DNA of 64,000 bases from Enoplolaimus lenunculus (taxonomy: Eukaryota): positions 248,001 through 312,000 of the forward strand of contig JASANG010002570.1 of NCBI GenBank assembly GCA_030248215.1, read 5' to 3'. How positions within the stretch are numbered: the stretch's first letter is position 1; each line of letters opens with the position of its first letter. Positions 21,157-32,550 of this stretch are shown one piece after another. A program made the translations under genes and the position numbers. The notes under the pieces are model-generated. The model saw nothing but the letters and a program-made list of their open reading frames with translations. It had not been told where the DNA came from and searched no databases.

Positions 21157-24100
21157 ATCTGACCAAATAAGCACCACACTGGTCTCTTTTGTGGTTCTAT
21201 TCCTGGTTAGTGGTGGCGGATCCATTGCGGAGTGCGGATGATATATTGTTACTCCAGGAACTACCATACTCAATGCTTTGCAATGCACAAGGTTCATCTG
21301 AAGCTCACAATGTGTTTTCTAGCCAAATACGTGTCGAATATTGTCAGGGACACTGTTTCTTTTGTGACGTACCCTCCGGACTCGGTTTAGGGACTTCGAG
21401 GACACATATTTGGCACTATTATTGTTATAATTATAATTATTGTTGTTGATATTATTATGATCATTATTATTATTATTATTATTGTTGTTATTATTGTCCC
21501 CATTGTTAATGCTTATGTTGATTTTGACGTTAGTATTTGTATGTTGTTTTTCTTCTTGGTTCTATGGTATTGGTTAAGTTTTTCACTGGCTAACTCTCAT
21601 AGCCATATCGATTCAGTTACGCAATAGGGAGAGAACCCCACCAGGTCTGATATTCAACCTGCTATCCGCCCTCGCCCTGTCGCTCAGATATGTACCGGAC
21701 CTGCGTTCTTGGAAATTAGTGGTAGGACGTACACTGAAGGTTAAGTACACAGTCGGAAATTTGTAAGCACAAAAAAGGGGGTCAGCAGAGTGACGATACT
21801 TTAATTAGGCAACCCTGTGGTTCTATTTTAACTGTTGTTATTATTTTTATACGTATTCATTTTCTCGTTTGTTGTTTCATGGATGGTTTTAGGCATCGGT
21901 TGGCATTCTAAGCTCTTGAAGTTCATGACCTGAGGCCGACTTGCGAACAGCCATTTATGACGCATTTGTGTCTTTCTGTTTCTCCCTTTTCTTTTTGTCT
22001 GCCCACTGTATATTTTCGCGCCCCTAAAATTTGACTAGACCACACTAGCTGCACAGTTTGACTAGATCCCGTTTTGCACTGTTTGACTATATCTCGACTA
22101 GGGGCTACCCGTTACCTGTCCGCTGCCTCATCGTTTAAAGTAATCGAAACTGTTAAGCGAGGTATTTGCTCAGGGGATTATTCGTGGGGACAGCGAATTT
22201 CGGGAAATTCAAAGTGAAAGTTGTTGAGAACATAGAAAAAACCTTGACGGGACCTGACAATTATTTAAGGGATAATCCTGGAGACTATATCTATATGTGC
22301 ATATATATTCATTGCTACCTTATTCATTGCCACTATGAATTCCCCTTTTTAGTCATGGTATTTTCATTGTTGGTGTTTTGTGAGCAATTCTTCTTATTAT
22401 ATATGTCAACTTGATGCTGGCAAAACCACGGTAACACTAGCCTAGTACCCCCCTAAAGTTTTGTTTCTAACATTTCAATGACTAGATGCCGATTTGAAAG
22501 AAAATTGACTAGCATTGGCTGAATGCATTGCTTTGACTAAATATCGTATGACTAGCGCACAGGAATTTCCCCTCCGTTTTCTTCTGACAGGTACTCAAAT
22601 TCTGACTAGCTGAAACCGATCGCACATTTTAACGACTAGATTCGGATGACTAGGAAGGCATTTGCACAGTACTGATATCTCCACCGCACAGTTGAATTGC
22701 TCAGAGATTTGCTGTGAAGGGAAACAAATTTAAGCGGCCTATGAACCTTAAGGTAGTAAGGAAGGGGTTGATTCGGACGTTGTACCCCGTAAAGGGTTAG
22801 GCGGTCGGAATTGTGCAATCTCCGAGCTTCAGAATCGCCGTTCGACTCTTAATTTCTACTTAGGCTTAATTCCCCCCGGAAAGCTGAATCCTGTTCCCCC
22901 TGCCCGCTGACTAGAGTTAACCGATCGTACAATACAAACTGACTATGTAAACTCATACGTTGCACAGCCGTTGATAACATAGACGTAAAAATCGGTGAGC
23001 TGAGAGTAGGAAAAAGGGGTTGCAGGGCCCGAGCTGCAAATAATGGCTAGGTATGGTTGTTTGGGTTATCAGACCGTCGCAACGTTTTTAGTGTACTGTC
23101 GGTTAAAACGTATACTCATGCCCACGCCCCGCTCTTGACGCGTACCTCTCAACGGAAAATACTGAACGAAACCCAAATGAACGTGTACACTACAGCAGGG
23201 AGGAAATTGTACACCGGTGCGAGAGTTTTGTTGTAATTATATAAAAGGGGATGGGCCCTTCAGCCTATTTCTCCACCCTCCTCCGAGTGTTTCCCGTTTC
23301 GATATCGCGAAGAGCTCTGGGTTGTGCCCTGGTAACAGCTAATTAGACAATGGCCCCGTAAGTAAGTATCCGTGTCCCCCTAGTTCCGTAGAATAACTCG
23401 GTAATACGCGAAACATCTCTAACAGGATATGAAGTTTGCGCTGTTAGTATGGGGTGTTTGGGCGGTCAATTTCAAAGCCCCTTAAACAGCAGAAATTGCC
23501 TTGGCTGCCGGCAGAATTTGATAGCAGAGTTTCAGCTCGAAGGAGACGCCGTACGCGTCGTAGGGGAGAAAAGACAAGTTTAAGTGGTTTTGAATTTTGA
23601 AATTTTGAAATTTTAAGTTAAGCAACGCCTCGCCTCAGCCTAGGGAGATAGTTTGTTTAGAACTGGGGGACGGTTGTGTTTTTGGCGTAGGACACGCAAA
23701 GGGGGTAGGAGGAACTTGTGTTTTTTAAGGGTTTAGCAGGGTTTTAGAGATAGTTGAGAATTGAATGGAATAACGGTTTAGAGTTTTTTTTTTAGGAATG
23801 GCTTGTCTTATCCTTTAAATTCAGGTTCGGAGCTGGCGCTCTCGGGTTCGGCACGCCGGATCGGCTGAGTAGGCCGTCCCGGCTGCCGTGTCAGACCAAC
23901 CAAGATTTTGCGACAAATATTGGAATTTTGTGGGCACTAAATTTTGAAATATTATTATAATTTTAGGCCCCCTGGATTTGAAAACCGGTTCCAATCATTT
24001 TGGACCCGTGTTTAAGCTGAGAAAGCCGCTCCGAACCTGCGCTATTAGTGGACATATTTGGAAATTTAGGACAAAATTAGGTTATGCATACTGGTTGCGG

Positions 24101-24186
24101 ATTGGTTTTTAGGAAGAATCTGATTTGCGTTTTCTAGGATATAGGGCGGAGACTGGTATTAGACGATACTCCGCATCTTACCGTCT

Positions 24187-25300
24187 AAGCAAACCATTCC
24201 AGTCATAGCCTGTAAGGCAGCGGTTAAAATTTATAGGCGTTTGAAGAATTTTAAAATTTTGTATATACCCGTCCAGAGGCCCGGGTCTGAAAAATGCGAT
24301 TTTCACTTTTCTGAGATCAGACGTTAAATTTAGCGCCGTTCGACTCAGCTCGTTAAGCTGATCAAGAAAACCACCCCGAACCCTATCCGCAAACCAGCAG
24401 TTAGGAAGTTACAGGCTCTTGAAGTTTTTTTAGATTTAACGTGCACACGCTTTTACGGATCCCGGTCCAAAAACGCGATTTTCACTTTTCCGGGATTGAG
24501 CGCTAAAATTGGTATCAATCGATTCAGCTCATCAAGCTGGTTAAGAAAACCACCCCAAACCCTGTCCGCAAATCCATGCATAAGGAGTTATGGTCAATCA
24601 AAGCTTTTTAAGATTTTACGTGTGTACGCTTTACGGATCGGATCCTGAAAAATGCGATTTTTTCTTTTTCACGATCCACCATAAAAATGGACAACATTCG
24701 ATTCCGCGCATCGCGCTGAGTAAGAAAACCACCCCAAACTGGGCTCGCAAATCAAAACTTAAAAAGTTACGACCATTTGAAAATTTTGGTAATTTACATG
24801 TACACGCAAATTACGGATCCGGTTCGAAAAACGCGATTTCAAGTTTTTCGAGCTATTGGGTTAAAATAAGTATCATTCGATTCGGCTAGCTGAGTAGAGC
24901 AAGAAAACTACCCCGAACAGTATCCGCAAACGAATACTTCAAAAGTTATGGTCCGTTGAAAATTCTGAAAATTTGCGTGTATATGCTTTACGGAGCGGAC
25001 CTCAAGAACGCGATTTTCACTTTTACAGGACCCAACGTTAAAAATGGTACCGTTCGATTTCCCTCGTTTTTCTGGTTCAGAAAACTACCCCTAACACGGT
25101 CCGCAAATGGACATTTGCAAAGTTATGGCCCGTTGAGGCTTTGAAAATTTCGTGTTTTTAGCACTTGGCTGGTGAGAATCGGAAGTTGTGGTTCTCAGTT
25201 TTCTGGAGTCCATCATTAAATTTGGAACAATTCAATCTAGAGCAATGTTTCGTTTAGTAAAACCACCCCGAACAGGGCCTGCTCGCGAAAATCTGGGGGA
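24187..25300. repeat. Diverged tandem repeat, period ~179 bp, ~6-7 copies
   Basis: Anchor AAGAAAAC[C/T]ACCCC at 24364, 24543, 24722, 24901, ~25079 and ~25257; shared GCGATTTTCA, TTCGATTC and AAGTTA[T/C] motifs. Confidence 0.9.
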
Positions 25301-25930
25301 GCTGTGATTCGATGAGACCTTTGAATTTTGCACGTCCACACTCAGTGGGGCCTAGCCTTGCAGGGAGACCACTACCATTTGGGAATGTGAGTTGGTCTGG
25401 TAATAAGCATGATAAGGCATATTTAGACTAATTTATATCGCTGGGTAAGGTTTACGTCAATTTATTAAAGGGGATGACTTAGCGACAATCTCTCGAATTA
25501 GGCATTTTAGGCATAAGGACATAGGATCTTGGACTTTCACGTATGCATACTGGTATCATGTTTCGGGTATTTTGAATTTTATTGCTTATCTCTTTTTACT
25601 TACTTTATGTTGTATTCCCTTGGTGTTTTTTCTGCACTGGTTATGCTGTTTCATTTCGTACTCCCCATTTTGCGAGCTAGGCAGATATCTTGTAAACAGT
25701 GTGCGCATATTCGGACCCAGTAAACTCAGTAAAGTAGTAAAGGGGCACCCTCCCCACGACAAAAGCTGCACGTGGTTCTCCTGTTTTGTAAGGGGACATG
25801 AGTGAACCCCGTCAAAATATTTTTTGGCTCTTGCACCTTATCGCATTTCTGTCTACAGACTCCTTCTAGGGATGACTATCATTAGCCCCCTCAGGACTTC
25901 CCGTTTGGAAATTACCCGTTAAACCGTCAT

Positions 25931-26110
25931 CCAATCAGCGGCTTTTAAATGTTAATTCTGCCCTTGTTTTCGCATTGGTTGATCACATCTCGGAGATTTT
26001 AAGCCAATGAAAAGAAAGTATAGTGTCTGTTTCTGGGGCGCGCTGATTGGTCGAAATTTGGGCCTAGCGCACTATATAAGAGCGGTGCACAGGCTGAACA
26101 TTCAGTTCAG
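25931..26110 (+). promoter_or_regulatory. RNA Pol II core promoter: four CCAAT boxes, TATA, Inr
   Basis: CCAAT 25931, ATTGG 25974, CCAAT 26004, ATTGG 26046; TATATAAG 26073-26080; TCAGTT 26102-26107 (A is 31 nt downstream of the TATA start). Confidence 0.7.
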
Positions 26111-28058
26111 TTTGGGTTTTTCGGTTTTTCGTTCGCGTGCTCGAGCCGCGACAGCAAACCGATCTCTCTGCACACGGAGGCGACTTAGTGTGCACGAGAG
26201 TTTCGGGGCGCTGATGCAAGGGGGGGCTATGCGCGTTTCGCGCAGGGGTAAAATTTTGTAAGAATTTTAAGGGGGGGCCCGGTTAGAATTTTTCAGTTTT
26301 CACGAAGGGGGTGTGGGTAAAATTTTGGGTTAAACTTTGCCTGTCGTTGGCGACAACGCAGGTGTGAGATTTTTATACAAATTTAAGGGGGGCAAAGTTA
26401 AATCATGAATTCGGCACCGAGATGCTATTAAAAATGATTGTGCAGAAAACTAGCATGTCTAAGAATTACATAGACATTTGCAGGATTGATTGTCAACACG
26501 ATAGGGAGGCCAATACAGCCTAATGCCAAGCATTAAGGATATGACAACCAAAAGAGCTAAGGCCCTATCGTTAAAGAAAATTTCAGTGTACCCCGTGATT
26601 TTAGGCGATTCTAGCCAGGCCCCAGTGAACTAAGTAATTAACAGGGCTTGTCCCGTTTGACAATCAAACTGCTGAATGTGCAGCCTGTGAAAACTCAAGC
26701 TTAGGGCTATGAAACTGCGCTACTCTCGGAGACAGACACGGTTTAAATAATCAAACCTCAATGTGGGACCTTCTTGGAAAATCTGATAGGTTTAGAACTT
26801 GGGGTCTAATGTGGACTTAATAACTTTACAGCAACCCCCCTTTAAACCTTTCGGCTTACATGTGCAGCTTTTCAGGACTAATCTGTTGCAATCAGCGGTG
26901 TGTTCTACCTACAGTAGGTGTATGGGATGGAAGGTCTTACGCTTAAGTGGAGCATGTTGACACGCCTAAGAATACCCAGAGGGACGCCTGTGGGTCATGT
27001 TGTTTCAATGGTAGAACGCGCTGCCCTATGACATAATTTGCACTGGGAGTAAATCGCCAGTGGCAAGACACAGCACATACTTAGGTGACCCATGAGGCAT
27101 AATAGGGTTAACATCAGCATTCCTGGAGTTGGCAACTTTTTCTTATAGCAAATACTACTAAGTTCTAAGCTTAGCTATTTTCAACCTACTTAATTTAGCA
27201 CAGGCGACGGAAGCACTATCGGTTGCAGACTAAGCCAAATAAGGTATCTTACGATTGAAAATAATTTTGCTGTACATAACTGTACAAATTTATAATAAAC
27301 CAAAACTTTAAACTTTGTATAGTCTTGAACGTAGAGCGCTGAATAGATTCCTGGCTCAAGAGCCACGGCTGAAATTACGATAAAAACCAGAGTTAAAACA
27401 GACTCCAGCTTTTGTACGAATGCGAAAATTCTATGAATATCGGAGTCGCAAGAAACGAATAAAACGCCCTGGTTCGAATCAGTGGCGAGCATAATCAATT
27501 AAAAACCTCAAAGGCTAGGATCGATCCGCCTTTCTGTCAAAAACGGTCTATGACCAAGTAAAGCAAAACCCTGTTGAACCAACCAATTTCTAGGAATAAG
27601 ACTAAAGTTTAAGCTATACCTATGGCCAAGTGTCATTATGCCTAACCATGAAAAATAGTTGTGAGCACACGGTTGAACTAAAATTCACGGAGAAAAAGCT
27701 AATTGTTACTGGTGCGGCCCACTTACACGCACTCGGGGTTCGTTAGAGCTTAGAGTATAGGCAGGCTTAGGCGTATGACGATGTCGGGATTTTGTGACTC
27801 TCAAAACCTGATATCACGCCGGGGGACCGTCATCCCCTAGACAAGTAGCTTACTTTGGCAGATCCACGGCCTCGAACACCCGTGAGAGTATCATCTCGGA
27901 TTCGTCCGCAGGGATACTCGTTGATCGTACCCGTAACAATATGGCCAGGGTTACAATATGAATTTAAAAAATATTATCACTCTTGCAATATTAATAGAAA
28001 AATTGCTAAAATGCGTTTTACAAAATTGGCTTGGGAAAATTATGCGAGAACCGTCTGT

Positions 28059-31000
28059 TTACTGATTAATCGCTTTGACAATTAGCCGATTGTCGTTACG
28101 CTGTTGCGACGGAAAGCCAGTTTTAACAATTCCACCAAGTTCTGCGTTGATTTCGCCACGAACTTTAATGAAATCGCCGCCCAAAACGCGTTTCAAATGT
28201 TCGTTTTGTGCGCACACAAATTGCAACCTGCAATCCCAGTCATTCAGTTGTATTATAATAAACATTGAAAATAATGGTTCCGAAACAAATGTAGTCTTTT
28301 TGAAATATTAAATGTTCAAAATTGAAAATAAAATTACAAAAATTGCACACGAAAAGTTCTATTTTGTGAAACAAATGTTTTCTTGAGAGAATTGAAATAT
28401 TTTACTCAAAATAAATAAAAACTGACATATGAAAATTTAGGCTAACGTTACTTTTAGGGGCGTAACAGTAGATTAAACGTATTCCTAGGCCTAAACCTAA
28501 ACGTTGCAAAAATGTGTTTCTAAGCCTAAGCCAAAAAATGTAATCTAGAATCTAAACCTGCTCTTTTATAGACACGCACCAGAAACCTGGACGCCGCTTA
28601 AAGTAACATGGGCCAAAATATATATGTTAGAACGAAAGTTTTAGCAGAATTTTAAAAGTTTATAAATTGACAATAAAAATTTATAGCGTCGAAGGCATTG
28701 TTTACCAAATGTTTTCGTCCGTATTATTCAAAAATCGGATATGCCTACCGTATCCTACTATGCTGGTGCAGAGCCTTCTGGACGTTTATACATTCAAGCC
28801 CCAATAGAAAATCAAACCGGTACGGGCATATCTCAATCGTTGTGTCCAATGAGAATAAAGAGTGCCTATCCTTCCAACCAATTAAAATTAGACGGGAACC
28901 TTGCAAGGAAATTATATCCAAAGATCTAAAAAGCGTATATATACAATCAGTTCCATGGCAATTGGCATGAAACTTTTTAAAAATATATCCGACAAGTTAA
29001 AATACCGGAGCCGGATGTCGAATATATATTCTAGTTCATATTACAGCTTCCGGCAAATTTGGACAGCTACGCCCCCAGCGTCGCCAAGTAGGGTCACATT
29101 TGATACTACGCATGCTTACGTTTCAACGTCAAACGCCGGTTGAAATCCACTCTTGATGGCGCTGGTTTGACGACTTAAACCAATCAAATAACTGTTACCT
29201 CGACACTGAATTTCGTCTGTAGACGCATTGTACTTTTCAATAGTAATTAACTCTGATCCCTAAAACAATTAAGGATCCTTTCTATTTTGTACCGCGTAGA
29301 GCCGCGCGTCGCGTCACGAATCAAAGTAATTTTAGATATGCCGCACGGCGTCGCATTTTTTATTTATTTTTTGACGGGACGTGCGACGAGTATAGCGCAA
29401 TCCTAAACACCAAACTAATGACATGAAACGTTTATCATTTACCAGCCACAGAACAAACGGCCAATGTTAGGGTCGTAACAGTAGATTAAGCGTATTCCTA
29501 AGCCTAAGCCTAAGCCTAAGCCTAAGCCTAAGCCTAAGCGTTGCAAAAATGTGTTCCTTAGCCTAAACCTAAGCCTAAGCCAAAGCAGAAAAATGTAATC
29601 TAGAATCAAAACCTACTTTTTTATGGACCCACCAGAAACCTGGACGCTCCCTAAAGTAACATGGGCCGCACGAACTTTGGACATTAAAGCCTACTGCTTA
29701 ATTCCTGGTTTTATGCAAAATATCTGAATATATATTTTGAAAACGTGGAAGAAAACAAAATTTGTATTGCTTATATCTTTCATGGTTTTCCAAAAGTTGG
29801 ATCGCAATATAACTCGCGTTCTGATATGGCACAAAAGTTCACTGTAAATTCCAGTGAGTTGATTTCAACTCAGACTGAGTTAAATCACTCAGTCTGAGTT
29901 AGGACTATCAGAACTCATAAATCTGAGTTGATATAACGCATTCTGATTTAAATAATCAACTTTCCCGGAATCAAATCAACTCAGAGTCAGAATCAACGAA
30001 ACTCAGAGTGAGGTAAAGTTTGCTGTTATTAACTCAGAAGTAATTAATTTTCCGTCTGAGTTGATTAATTAACTCCATTGGAATTTACAGTGTTTGCAAC
30101 AAAAATTAACTGGTGGATCCAAGACGGCACCGCCTATGTCTTACGCACCATATCGTCAATCAGAACCAAAATTTTGTGCTAAATTTTTAGTACTAAAATT
30201 GCGTTTGGCTTCTGTCTTGCTTCGATCACGAGTTGTTTTTCGCTATTATGTATATCAACCAGCGTTCTCTATCAGAAGTCTGTGGATTCGTCGCTGGCAA
30301 AATTAAATTTACATAAACACTACACATGTGAAATACTGTTATAGGATCTTTTAGAATGTTTGCGCATCGGAGACGAATCCTGCTATCGGAACCTGACAGT
30401 TCGATCATCAGGTCAGAAACTGCTTTGTTCCGCGGGCATCTAAAAATTTAAATATTAGAAAAAACTTTTTGGCGTGCCGAGAAATTTGTATTGCTAGCAG
30501 CTGGTGCTAGACACAAAATAACCTGTCTTATATTTAAGAAATACTGTTGGAAATTTAAGACAATTGTGTCTTATTAAGGACGCCAGACATATATGTCTTG
30601 AACTTCCGACTTTTAATTTGTTATATTTTTCCGAACTATGGGTCTGAAAATTTTTAAACTTAAAAGTCTGAAATTTAAGACATTGTTTCTTGAACGAGTA
30701 AGACACGTATTTCTGAAATACAGGACAAGGAATTGCCAGGGAAACAACTCCGGGGGCTAAAGCTCAACGAAATACTTTAATTTTACAACTCAAGATACGT
30801 CCAAGACCTACACTTAGGTTGGGGGAACCTGAGCTCAACCCGAAGTATCCTTGAAATTTGATTACTATATACTCTCTTTTGAATATAAGACGTTAATGTT
30901 TTAATCATTTGAGACTCAAATTTCTGAGCTGTTTAAGACTATTAATGTCTGAAATAACAAACATTAATAATTTGAAAATTTAAGAAACTAAGAAAATTGA

Positions 31001-32550
31001 AATTTCAAGACAATTTATTTTGTGTGTAGAAAAACGTTGAACATTTCAACTCTTAAAATGAAATTGGAAAATCATTAACAACGGTCCAGTTTGAACCCGT
31101 GTAATGTTTAAAGCTAAAAAATTTTTAGTTCTGACAATTAAAGTTCACTGAAATTTCAAGACAATTTTAAGTGTGTATACAAGCATTTTCCATTTCATCT
31201 CAGATATAATTTCAAGCTATAGCATTCAAAAATAGCGATTTTTTGATTCGAAGCGTTTAATATCACCACTCAGCTATAAGAGCTTAACATTCGAGATCTA
31301 TTGTTTTCTCAAGTCTTGTGGAGATTTTGCACTGCGTACACATCGCATTCAATAATTGTTAAACACTGCGCATTGTGTATTTTATTATTTCGCGTACTAG
31401 CAAACTAGTTACTCATACTATACTCTATGTTTGAATGAATTTTAGAACAACAAAGAAACCCAATACTGTCCGCCTGTAACCTGACAGAAAATCCTTTGTC
31501 AATACTCGACGCGTCAAGTTGCGTCAAATCGTGGCGTTTGCCGAAATGATCATACGAACGTTGGCGAAAACATTGAACGCATCCACAGAACGCTAGAATC
31601 CCAAATACCAGTAGCTGGGAAACTGAAATGGTTTACTTATAGAATATACGAGTCGTCCAACTTTGCGCAATGCACAAAAGTGTTAGCAAATAATACATAT
31701 AATAGTATATATACAAATTTTCGAATTATAGAACAGTCGCGTCTACGTATGTGCAATGAATCTATTGTAAACAAAAGTTCTGGAAACTTGCCCAAAATAC
31801 GTTTGTGGGGCGTTCCAGCTTTAATATATAGATTATAAAATTTGAAAATAAAAAACCGAAAATGTAGAGTATTTTAAAACTGGAACTTGATATTTTAATA
31901 GCATCTATCACCAGTTAGCAATAAGTTTTTGAAAAAGCGAACTGCTGAGTCTACAAATATATTAATGAGTTGTTTCGCAACGGTGGAAGTCTTCGGACAA
32001 GAAAACGGGAGTAAAATGACGGTTGATCCACAACACACGCCAAGTAAACTTAAAGCTAAGCAAAACAGCTTTAAATTGACTTGAACTATTGTGTAATGTT
32101 CTATAGCAACATTTAAAATTGTGTCTGTCTACAAATCGTTGCAACGTTCCGACAAATTTTGACAATTCTGTGCAGCGTAACAACTTTGACGGCCACTGTA
32201 TAGAACACGGTCATAACAGTAAGTATAAGCATATTCGTAAGCCTAAACGTAAGAATGAGCTTATGCCGAAGCTTAAAGGTTAAGCAAAAATATCCCTGTA
32301 TAATACTGTATGTCAGTCCCGCAGACAAACGTTCCACCCCTGATCTTTACAATGGACAAGTTTTCTGTAACAACGTGACTCAAGTCACGCGACAACCGAG
32401 ACTCGAATGAGCAAAAATGTCAATTGTGGGTCGTTTTGTCCCGATATCCTACGGTATGATACTGGTATTAATAATATGTTTAAGTTTAAATAAGATCATA
32501 ATTTAGGAAATAAAACTACACTTACCTGTATGTCTTATCGCACATTTCAT
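28059..32550 (-). CDS. Spliced secreted Cys-repeat protein, N-terminal half (dermatopontin-repeat-like / warthog WRT-like pattern)
   Basis: Exons 32550-32526 (ATG, GTAAGT donor), 31622-31481, 30439-30313, 29259-29120, 28925-28749 and 28227-28059 (stop; alternative donor after 28063) are all phase-consistent. The product starts MKCAIRHTVSQLLVFGILAFCGCVQC (signal-peptide-like). Repeats: FSVRCPRNKAVSDL..RLRC, EIQCRGNSYLIGL, IEICPYRFDFLLGL..LQFVC. Confidence 0.65.
28440..28614. mobile_element. MITE family C
   Basis: TSD aaaattta/aaaatata; TIRs. Confidence 0.85.
29459..29667. mobile_element. MITE family C
   Basis: TIRs; (CCTAAG)n; TSD gaacaaac/gcacgaac. Confidence 0.8.
29840..30092. mobile_element. 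Family D copy
   Basis: tt|CACTGTAAATTCCA...TGGAATTTACAGTG|tt. Confidence 0.9.

Larger units (their letters stand above)
21342..27938 (+). mobile_element. Candidate giant (6.6-kb) solo LTR or non-coding retroelement derivative
   Basis: ATAT|TGTCAGGG...CCCGTAACA|ATAT (alternative end GGGTTACA|ATAT at 27955). No long ORF, none of the local MITEs, internal promoter and AATAAA signals near the 3' end. Confidence 0.5.

Noticed and set aside
21415..21500. Poly-Asn-like tract similar to the exon at ~15030
   Set aside because: The surrounding frame closes quickly; treated as an (ATT/GTT)n microsatellite within the large element.
26205..26225. Hammerhead ribozyme core (CTGATG)
   Set aside because: It reads CTGATGC rather than CTGANGA, with no correctly placed GAAA and stems.
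31911..32055. Open phase-1 segment that could be an extra exon of the secreted protein
   Set aside because: Including it disrupts the compact signal peptide; left out pending cDNA evidence.
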